From contig OZ176056.1 in the NCBI GenBank assembly GCA_964247055.1, positions 1 to 64,000 on the forward strand: a DNA stretch of 64,000 nucleotides, read 5' to 3'. Below the pieces are notes generated by a model. The model did not search any database and was not told where the DNA came from. It saw nothing but the letters and a program-made list of their open reading frames with translations. The position numbers were made by a program, and so were the translations under genes. This document shows positions 53,700-64,000 of this stretch, one piece after another (positions within the stretch are counted from its first letter, which is position 1; each line of letters starts with the position of its first letter). The DNA comes from Paragordius varius. Lineage: Eukaryota; Animalia; Nematomorpha.

Positions 53700-56600
53700 A
53701 ATTTGTTTTATACGATTTTAAAAATAAAAATGGCTACCTAAAATCCAAATTTGATCAGGTGATGTCACCATAATTTTTTTTGGGTAGCCCTATGGTAGTT
53801 CCATTATCACCCCAAATATTTTCGAGATCGGAGTATAAATGTAATTTTTATGAATTTTTTAAATATTTAAAAAATTTATTTTATACGATTTTAAAAATAA
53901 AAATGGCTACCTAAAATCCAAATTTGATCAGGTGATGTCGCCATAATTTTTTTTAGGTAGCCCTATGGTAGTTCCATCATCACCCCAAATATTTTGGGGA
54001 TCGGAGTATAAATGTAATTTTTATAAATTTTTTAAATATTTAAAAAATTTATTTTATACGATTTTAAAAATAAAAATGGCTACCTAAAATCCAAATTTGA
54101 TCAGGTGATGTCACCATAATTTTTTTTGGGTAGCCCTATGGTAGTTCCATCATCACCCCAAATATTTTCGAGATCGGAGTATAAATGTAATTTTTATGAA
54201 TTTTTTAAATATTTAAAAAATTTATTTTATACGATTTTAAAAATAAAAATGGCTACCTAAAATCCAAATTTGATCAGGTGATGTCACCATAATTTTTTTT
54301 GGGTAGCCCTATGGTAGTTCCATCATCACCCCAAATATTGTCGAGATCGGAGTATAAATGTAATTTTTTTTAATTTTTTAAATATTTAAAAAATTTATTT
54401 AATACGATTTTAAAAATAAAAATGGCTACCTAAAATCCAAATTTGATCAGGTGATGTCACCATAATTTTTTTTGGGTAGCCCTATGGTAGTTCCATTATC
54501 ACCCCAAATATTTTCGAGATCGGAGTATAAATGTAATTTTTATGAATTTTTTAAATATTTAAAAAATTTATTTTATACGATTTTAAAAATAAAAATGGCT
54601 ACCTAAAATCCAAATTTGATCAGGTGATGTCGCCATAATTTTTTTTGGGTAGCCCTATGGTAGTTCCATCATCACCCCAAATACTTTGGGGATCGGACTA
54701 TAAATGTAATTTTTATGAATTTTTTAAATATTTAAAAAATTTATTTTATACGATTTTAAAAATAAAAATGGCTACCTAAAATCCAAATATGATCAGGTGA
54801 TGTCACCATTATTTTTTTTGGGTAGCCCTATGGTAGTTCCATCATCACCCCAAATATTTTGGGGATCGGACTATAAATGTAATTTTTATGAATTTTTTAA
54901 ATATTTAAAAAATTTATTTTATACGATTTTAAAAATAAAAATGGCTACCTAAAATCCAAATTTGATCAGGTGATGTCACCATAATTTTTTTTGGGTAGCC
55001 CTATGGTAGTTCCATCATCACCCCAAATATTTTCGAGATCGGAGTATAAATGTAATTTTTATGAATTTTTTAAATATTTAAAAAATTTATTTTATACGAT
55101 TTTAAAAATAAAAATGGCTACCTAAAATCCAAATTTGATCAGGTGATGTCACTATAATTTTTTTTGGGTAGCCCTATGGATGTTCCATCATCATCCCAAA
55201 TATTTTGGGGATCGGACTATAAATGTAACTTTTATGAATTTTTTAAATATTTAAAAAATTTATTTTATACGATTTTAAAAATAAAAATGGCTACCTAAAA
55301 TCCAAATTTGATCAAATGATGTCTCCATAATTTTTTTTGGGTAGCCCTATGGTAGTTCCATCATCATCCCAAATATTTTCGAGATCGGAGTATAAATGTA
55401 TTTTTTATGAATTTTTTAAATATTTAAAAAATTTATTTAATACGATTTTAAAAATAAAAATGGCTACCTAAAATCCAAATTTGATCAGGTGATGTCGCCA
55501 TAATTTTTTTTGCGTAGCCCTATGGTAGTTCTATCATCACCCCAAATATTTTAAGGATCGGACTATAAATGTAATTTTTATGATTTTTTTAAATATTTAA
55601 AAAATTTATTTTATACGATTTTAAAAATAAAAATGGCTACCTAAAATCCAAATTTGATCAGGTGATGTCACCATAATTTTTTTTGGGTAGCCCTATGGTA
55701 GTTCCATCATCACCCCAAATATTTTCGAGATCGGAGTATAAATGTAATTTTTATGAATTTTTTAAATATTGAAAAAATTTATTTTATACGATTTTAAAAA
55801 TAAAAATGGCTACCTAAAATCCAAATTTGCTCAGGTGATGTCACCATAATTTTTTTTGGGTAGCCCTATGGTAGTTCCATCATCATCCCAAATATTTTCG
55901 AGATCGGAGTATAAATGTAATTTTTATGAATTTTTTAAATATTTAAAAAATTTATTTTATACGATTTTAAAAATAAAAATGGCTACCTAAAATCCAAATT
56001 TGATCAGGTGATGTCACTATAATTTTTTTTGGGTAGCCCTATGGTAGTTCCATCATCACCCCAAATATTTTCGAGATCGGAGTATAAATGTAATTTTTAT
56101 GAATTTTTTAAATATTTAAAAAATTTATTTTATACGATTTTAAAAATAAAAATGGCTACCTAAAATCCAAATTTGATCAGGCGATGTCACCATAATTTTT
56201 TTGGGTAGCCCTATGGTAGTTCCATCATCACCCCAAATATTTTCGAGATCGGAGTATAAATGTAATTTTTATGAATTTTTTAAATATTTAAAAAATTTAT
56301 TTTATACGATTTTAAAAATAAAAATGGCTACCTAAAATCCAAATTTGATCAGGTGATGTCACCATAATTTTTTTTGGGTAGCCCTATGGTAGTTCCATCA
56401 TCACCCCAAATATTGTCGAGATCGGAGTATAAATGTAATTTTTTTGAATTTTTTTGAATTTTTTAAATATTTAAAAAATTTATTTAATACGATTTTAAAA
56501 ATAAAAATGGCTACCTAAAATCCAAATTTGATCAGGTGATGTCACCATAATTTTTTTTGGGTAGCCCTATGGTAGTTCCATTATCACCCCAAATATTTTC

Positions 56601-59600
56601 GAGATCGGAGTATAAATGTAATTTTTATGAATTTTTTAAATATTTAAAAAATTTATTTTATACGATTTTAAAAATAAAAATGGCTACCTAAAATCCAAAT
56701 TTGATCAGGTGATGTCGCCATAATTTTTTTGGGTAGCCCTATGGTAGTTCCATTATCACCCCAAATATTTTCGAGATCGGAGTATAAATGTAATTTTTAT
56801 GAATTTTTTAAATATTTAAAAAATTTATTTTATACGATTTTAAAAATAAAAATGGCTACCTAAAATCCAAATTTGATCAGGTGATGTCACCATAATTTTT
56901 TTTGGGTAGCCCTATGGTAGTTCCATCATCACCCCAAATATTTTCGAGATCGGAGTATAAATGTAATTTTTATGAATTTTTTAAATATTTAAAAAATTTA
57001 TTTTATACGATTTTAAAAATAAAAATGGCTACCTAAAATCCAAATTTGATCAGGTGATGTCACCATAATTTTTTTTGGGTAGCCCTATGGTAGTTCCATC
57101 ATCACCCCAAATATTGTCGAGATCGGAGTATAAATGTAATTTTTTTTAATTTTTTAAATATTTAAAAAATTTATTTAATACGATTTTAAAAATAAAAATG
57201 GCTACCTAAAATCCAAATTTGATCAGGTGATGTCACCATAATTTTTTTTGGGTAGCCCTATGGTAGTTCCATTATCACCCCAAATATTTTCGAGATCGGA
57301 GTATAAATGTAATTTTTATGAATTTTTTAAATATTTAAAAAATTTATTTTATACGATTTTAAAAATAAAAATGGCTACCTAAAATCCAAATTTGATCAGG
57401 TGATGTCGCCATAATTTTTTTTGGGTAGCCCTATGGTAGTTCCATCATCACCCCAAATACTTTGGGGATCGGACTATAAATGTAATTTTTATGAATTTTT
57501 TAAATATTTAAAAAATTTATTTTATACGATTTTAAAAATAAAAATGGCTACCTAAAATCCAAATATGATCAGGTGATGTCACCATTATTTTTTTTGGGTA
57601 GCCCTATGGTAGTTCCATCATCACCCCAAATATTTTGGGGATCGGACTATAAATGTAATTTTTATGAATTTTTTAAATATTTAAAAAATTTATTTTATAC
57701 GATTTTAAAAATAAAAATGGCTACCTAAAATCCAAATTTGATCAGGTGATGTCACCATAATTTTTTTTGGGTAGCCCTATGGTAGTTCCATCATCACCCC
57801 AAATATTTTCGAGATCGGAGTATAAATGTAATTTTTATGAATTTTTTAAATATTTAAAAAATTTATTTTATACGATTTTAAAAATAAAAATGGCTACCTA
57901 AAATCCAAATTTGATCAGGTGATGTCACTATAATTTTTTTTGGGTAGCCCTATGGATGTTCCATCATCATCCCAAATATTTTGGGGATCGGACTATAAAT
58001 GTAACTTTTATGAATTTTTTAAATATTTAAAAAATTTATTTTATACGATTTTAAAAATAAAAATGGCTACCTAAAATCCAAATTTGATCAGGTGATGTCT
58101 CCATAATTTTTTTTGGGTAGCCCTATGGTAGTTCCATCATCATCCCAAATATTTTCGAGATCGGAGTATAAATGTATTTTTTATGAATTTATTAAATATT
58201 TAAAAATTTTATTTAATACGATTTTAAAAATAAAAATGGCTACCTAAAATCCAAATTTGATCAGGTGATGTCGCCATAATTTTTTTTGCGTAGCCCTATG
58301 GTAGTTCTATCATCACCCCAAATATTTTAAGGATCGGACTATAAATGTAATTTTTATGATTTTTTTAAATATTTAAAAAATTTATTTTATACGATTTTAA
58401 AAATAAAAATGGCTACCTAAAATCCAAATTTGATCAGGTGATGTCACCATAATTTTTTTTGGGTAGCCCTATGGTAGTTCCATCATCACCCCAAATATTT
58501 TCGAGATCGGAGTATAAATGTAATTTTTATGAATTTTTTAAATATTGAAAAAATTTATTTTATACGATTTTAAAAATAAAAATGGCTACCTAAAATCCAA
58601 ATTTGATCAGGTGATGTCACCATAATTTTTTTTGGGTAGCCCTATGGTAGTTCCATCATCATCCCAAATATTTTCGAGATCGGAGTATAAATGTAATTTT
58701 TATGAATTTTTTAAATATTTAAAAAATTTATTTTATACGATTTTAAAAATAAAAATGGCTACCTAAAATCCAAATTTGATCAGGTGATGTCACTATAATT
58801 TTTTTTGGGTAGCCCTATGGTAGTTCCATCATCACCCCAAATATTTTCGAGATCGGAGTATAAATGTAATTTTTATGAATTTTTTAAATATTTAAAAAAT
58901 TTATTTTATACGATTTTAAAAATAAAAATGGCTACCTAAAATCCAAATTTGATCAGGCGATGTCACCATAATTTTTTTGGGTAGCCCTATGGTAGTTCCA
59001 TCATCACCCCAAATATTTTCGAGATCGGAGTATAAATGTAATTTTTATGAATTTTTTAAATATTTAAAAAATTTATTTTATACGATTTTAAAAATAAAAA
59101 TGGCTACCTAAAATCCAAATTTGATCAGGTGATGTCACCATAATTTTTTTTGGGTAGCCCTATGGTAGTTCCATCATCACCCCAAATATTGTCGAGATCG
59201 GAGTATAAATGTAATTTTTTTGAATTTTTTTGAATTTTTTAAATATTTAAAAAATTTATTTTATACGATTTTAAAAATAAAAATGGCTACCTAAAATCCA
59301 AATTTGATCAGGTGATGTCACTATAATTTTTTTTGGGTAGCCCTATGGTAGTTCCATCATCACCCCAAATATTTTGGGGATCGGACTATAAATGTAATTT
59401 TTATGAATTTTTTAAATATTTAAAAAATTTGTTTTATACGATTTTAAAAATAAAAATGGCTACCTAAAATCCAAATTTGATCAGGTGATGTCACCATAAT
59501 TTTTTTTGGGTAGCCCTATGGTAGTTCCATTATCACCCCAAATATTTTCGAGATCGGAGTATAAATGTAATTTTTATGAATTTTTTAAATATTTAAAAAA

Positions 59601-62600
59601 TTTATTTTATACGATTTTAAAAATAAAAATGGCTACCTAAAATCCAAATTTGATCAGGTGATGTCGCCATAATTTTTTTTGGGTAGCCCTATGGTAGTTC
59701 CATCATCACCCCAAATATTTTGGGGATCGGACTATAAATGTAATTTTTATAAATTTTTTAAATATTTAAAAAATTTATTTTATACGATTTTAAAAATAAA
59801 AATGGCTACCTAAAATCCAAATTTGATCAGGTGATGTCACCATAATTTTTTTTGGGTAGCCCTATGGTAGTTCCATCATCACCCCAAATATTTTCGAGAT
59901 CGGAGTATAAATGTAATTTTTATGAATTTTTTAAATATTTAAAAAATTTATTTTATACGATTTTAAAAATAAAAATGGCTACCTAAAATCCAAATTTGAT
60001 CAGGCGATGTCACCATAATTTTTTTGGGTAGCTCTATGGTAGTTCCATCATCACCCCAAATATTTTCGAGATCGGAGTATAAATGTAATTTTTATGAATT
60101 TTTTAAATATTTAAAAAATTTATTTTATACGATTTTAAAAATAAAAATGGCTACCTAAAATCCAAATTTGATCAGGTGATGTCACCATAATTTTTTTTGG
60201 GTAGCCCTATGGTAGTTCCATTATCACCCCAAATATTTTCGAGATCGGAGTATAAATGTAATTTTTATGAATTTTTTAATTAAAAAATTTATTTTATACG
60301 ATTTTAAAAATAAAAATGGCTACCTAAAATCCAAATTTGATCAGGTGATGTCGCCATAATTTTTTTTGGGTAGCCCTATGGTAGTTCCATCATCACCCCA
60401 AATACTTTGGGGATCGGACTATAAATGTAATTTTTATGAATTTTTTAAATATTTAAAAAATTTATTTTATACGATTTTAAAAATAAAAATGGCTACCTAA
60501 AATCCAAATATGATCAGGTGATGTCACCATTATTTTTTTTGGGTAGCCCTATGGTAGTTCCATCATCACCCCAAATATTTTGGGGATCGGACTATAAATG
60601 TAATTTTTATGAATTTTTTAAATATTTAAAAAATTTATTTTATACGATTTTAAAAATAAAAATGGCTACCTAAAATCCAAATTTGATCAGGTGATGTCAC
60701 CATAATTTTTTTTGGGTAGCCCTATGGTAGTTCCATCATCACCCCAAATATTTTCGAGATCGGAGTATAAATGTAATTTTTATGAATTTTTTAAATATTT
60801 AAAAAATTTATTTTATACGATTTTAAAAATAAAAATGGCTACCTAAAATCCAAATTTGATCAGGTGATGTCACTATAATTTTTTTTGGGTAGCCCTATGG
60901 ATGTTCCATCATCATCCCAAATATTTTGGGGATCGGACTATAAATGTAACTTTTATGAATTTTTTAAATATTTAAAAAATTTATTTTATACGATTTTAAA
61001 AATAAAAATGGCTACCTAAAATCCAAATTTGATCAGGTGATGTCTCCATAATTTTTTTTGGGTAGCCCTATGGTAGTTCCATCATCATCCCAAATATTGT
61101 CGAGATCGGAGTATAAATGTATTTTTTATGAATTTTTTAAATATTTAAAAAATTTATTTAATACGATTTTAAAAATAAAAATGGCTACCTAAAATCCAAA
61201 TTTGATCAGGTGATGTCGCCATAATTTTTTTTGCGTAGCCCTATGGTAGTTCCATCATCACCCCAAATATTGTCGAGATCGGAGTATAAATGTAATTTTT
61301 TTGAATTTTTTTGAATTTTTTAAATATTTAAAAAATTTATTTAATACGATTTTAAAAATAAAAATGGCTACCTAAAATCCAAATTTGATCAGGTGATGTC
61401 ACCATAATTTTTTTTGGGTAGCCCTATGGTAGTTCCATTATCACCCCAAATATTTTCGAGATCGGAGTATAAATGTAATTTTTATGAATTTTTTAAATAT
61501 TTAAAAAATTTATTTTATACGATTTTAAAAATAAAAATGGCTACCTAAAATCCAAATTTGATCAGGTGATGTCGCCATAATTTTTTTGGGTAGCCCTATG
61601 GTAGTTCCATTATCACCCCAAATATTTTCGAGATCGGAGTATAAATGTAATTTTTATGAATTTTTTAAATATTTAAAAAATTTATTTTATACGATTTTAA
61701 AAATAAAAATGGCTACCTAAAATCCAAATTTGATCAGGTGATGTCACTATAATTGTTTTTGGGTAGCCCTATGGTAGTTCCATCATCACCCCAAATATTT
61801 TCGAGATCGGAGTATAAATGTAATTTTTATGAATTTTTTAAATATTTAAAAAATTTATTTTATACGATTTTAAAAATAAAAATGGCTACCTAAAATCCAA
61901 ATTTGATCAGGCGATGTCACCATAATTTTTTTGGGTAGCCCTATGGTAGTTCCATCATCACCCCAAATATTTTCGAGATCGGAGTATAAATGTAATTTTT
62001 ATGAATTTTTTAAATATTTAAAAAATTTATTTTATACGATTTTAAAAATAAAAATGGCTACCTAAAATCCAAATTTGATCAGGTGATGTCACCATAATTT
62101 TTTTTGGGTAGCCCTATGGTAGTTCCATCATCACCCCAAATATTGTCGAGATCGGAGTATAAATGTAATTTTTTTGAATTTTTTTGAATTTTTTAAATAT
62201 TTAAAAAATTTATTTAATACGATTTTAAAAATAAAAATGGCTACCTAAAATCCAAATTTGATCAGGTGATGTCACCATAATTTTTTTTGGGTAGCCCTAT
62301 GGTAGTTCCATTATCACCCCAAATATTTTCGAGATCGGAGTATAAATGTAATTTTTATGAATTTTTTAAATATTTAAAAAATTTATTTTATACGATTTTA
62401 AAAATAAAAATGGCTACCTAAAATCCAAATTTGATCAGGTGATGTCGCCATAATTTTTTTGGGTAGCCCTATGGTAGTTCCATTATCACCCCAAATATTT
62501 TCGAGATCGGAGTATAAATGTAATTTTTATGAATTTTTTAAATATTTAAAAAATTTATTTTATACGATTTTAAAAATAAAAATGGCTACCTAAAATCCAA

Positions 62601-64000
62601 ATTTGATCAGGTGATGTCACCATAATTTTTTTTGGGTAGCCCTATGGTAGTTCCATCATCACCCCAAATATTTTCGAGATCGGAGTATAAATGTAATTTT
62701 TATGAATTTTTTAAATATTTAAAAAATTTATTTTATACGATTTTAAAAATAAAAATGGCTACCTAAAATCCAAATTTGATCAGGTGATGTCACCATAATT
62801 TTTTTTGGGTAGCCCTATGGTAGTTCCATCATCACCCCAAATATTGTCGAGATCGGAGTATAAATGTAATTTTTTTTAATTTTTTAAATATTTAAAAAAT
62901 TTATTTAATACGATTTTAAAAATAAAAATGGCTACCTAAAATCCAAATTTGATCAGGTGATGTCACCATAATTTTTTTTGGGTAGCCCTATGGTAGTTCC
63001 ATTATCACCCCAAATATTTTCGAGATCGGAGTATAAATGTAATTTTTATGAATTTTTTAAATATTTAAAAAATTTATTTTATACGATTTTAAAAATAAAA
63101 ATGGCTACCTAAAATCCAAATTTGATCAGGTGATGTCGCCATAATTTTTTTTGGGTAGCCCTATGGTAGTTCCATCATCACCCCAAATACTTTGGGGATC
63201 GGACTATAAATGTAATTTTTATGAATTTTTTAAATATTTAAAAAATTTATTTTATACGATTTTAAAAATAAAAATGGCTACCTAAAATCCAAATATGATC
63301 AGGTGATGTCACCATTATTTTTTTTGGGTAGCCCTATGGTAGTTCCATCATCACCCCAAATATTTTGGGGATCGGACTATAAATGTAATTTTTATGAATT
63401 TTTTAAATATTTAAAAAATTTATTTTATACGATTTTAAAAATAAAAATGGCTACCTAAAATCCAAATTTGATCAGGTGATGTCACCATAATTTTTTTTGG
63501 GTAGCCCTATGGTAGTTCCATCATCACCCCAAATATTTTCGAGATCGGAGTATAAATGTAATTTTTATGAATTTTTTAAATATTTAAAAAATTTATTTTA
63601 TACGATTTTAAAAATAAAAATGGCTACCTAAAATCCAAATTTGATCAGGTGATGTCACTATAATTTTTTTTGGGTAGCCCTATGGATGTTCCATCATCAT
63701 CCCAAATATTTTGGGGATCGGACTATAAATGTAACTTTTATGAATTTTTTAAATATTTAAAAAATTTATTTTATACGATTTTAAAAATAAAAATGGCTAC
63801 CTAAAATCCAAATTTGATCAGGTGATGTCTCCATAATTTTTTTTGGGTAGCCCTATGGTAGTTCCATCATCATCCCAAATATTTTCGAGATCGGAGTATA
63901 AATGTATTTTTTATGAATTTATTAAATATTTAAAAATTTTATTTAATACGATTTTAAAAATAAAAATGGCTACCTAAAATCCAAATTTGATCAGGTGATG
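53700..64000. repeat. Satellite HOR domain, 16/17-mer (~2.8-2.9 kb) with a 33-mer (5730 bp) super-period
   Basis: Marker GTAACTTTT at 55229, 58005, 60950 and 63735 (spacings 2776, 2945, 2785). The marker AAATATGATC..ACCATTATT follows the same spacing. The 10-bp-insertion monomers at 56441 and 62171, and the TTTATTAAAT variant at 58181 and 63911, are 5730 bp apart. Confidence 0.85.

Larger units (their letters stand above)
10653..64000. repeat. 173-bp AT-rich satellite DNA array, ~308 head-to-tail monomers, continuing beyond the window
   Basis: Consensus ATGGCTACCTAAAATCCAAATTTGATCAGGTGATGTCACCATAATTTTTTTTGGGTAGCCCTATGGTAGTTCCATCATCACCCCAAATATTTTCGAGATCGGAGTATAAATGTAATTTTTATGAATTTTTTAAATATTTAAAAAATTTATTTTATACGATTTTAAAAATAAAA (173 nt, 45 G+C = 26%). 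Period checked at 17462->17635 and 14021->14194. Single orientation throughout, with no interspersed elements seen. Confidence 0.99.

Noticed and set aside
10653-64000. CENP-B box in the satellite (TTCGAGATCGG)
   Set aside because: The canonical box needs TTCG-N4-A-N2-CGGG (7 nt between TTCG and CGGG). Here only 4 nt separate TTCG and CGGA.
10653-64000. Satellite derived from telomeric repeats (CCTAAAA, CCCTAT, CCCCAAA motifs)
   Set aside because: The motifs are isolated, 5-7 bp long, not tandem, and occur in both orientations, which is expected by chance.
1-64000. Assignment to a particular species
   Set aside because: TTAGGG telomeres, high AT content and Penelope elements occur in many eukaryotic lineages, and I do not recognise the 173-bp monomer. 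A database search is required.

Overview
This is the left end of an AT-rich eukaryotic chromosome with TTAGGG-type telomeres, and it contains no intact protein-coding gene. From the tip inward: (1) a degenerate tip at 1-219, including a 135-bp block of GTTAAA-like hexamers that is probably a read or assembly artefact; (2) a perfect (CCCTAA)n tract at 220-2073; (3) an ~8.6-kb subtelomere; (4) a ~53-kb array of an AT-rich 173-bp satellite (~308 copies, 10653-64000, still running at the window edge). The subtelomere is built around a diverged inverted duplication, 2074-3075 versus 7365-~9250. Its arms carry a modular ~33-bp CpG-rich minisatellite (core CCGTCGTCAGT, with a telomere-like GGATAGGG). 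The telomere is joined directly inside a unit of that minisatellite. The internal arm is interrupted by a 5'-truncated Penelope-like retroelement relic, missed by the ORF track, that encodes a decayed GIY-YIG endonuclease followed by a degenerate hammerhead-like motif. The spacer between the arms holds a 172-bp Tc1/mariner MITE and several old tandem duplications. The satellite monomer is rich in dyad symmetry, and the array is zoned into successive higher-order-repeat domains (19/26-mer, 4-mer, 10-mer, 8-mer, 6-mer, 16/17-mer). All ORFs in the supplied track are repeat-derived or spurious. The organism cannot be identified from the sequence alone. Coordinates and spacings were counted by eye and may be off by a few bases.
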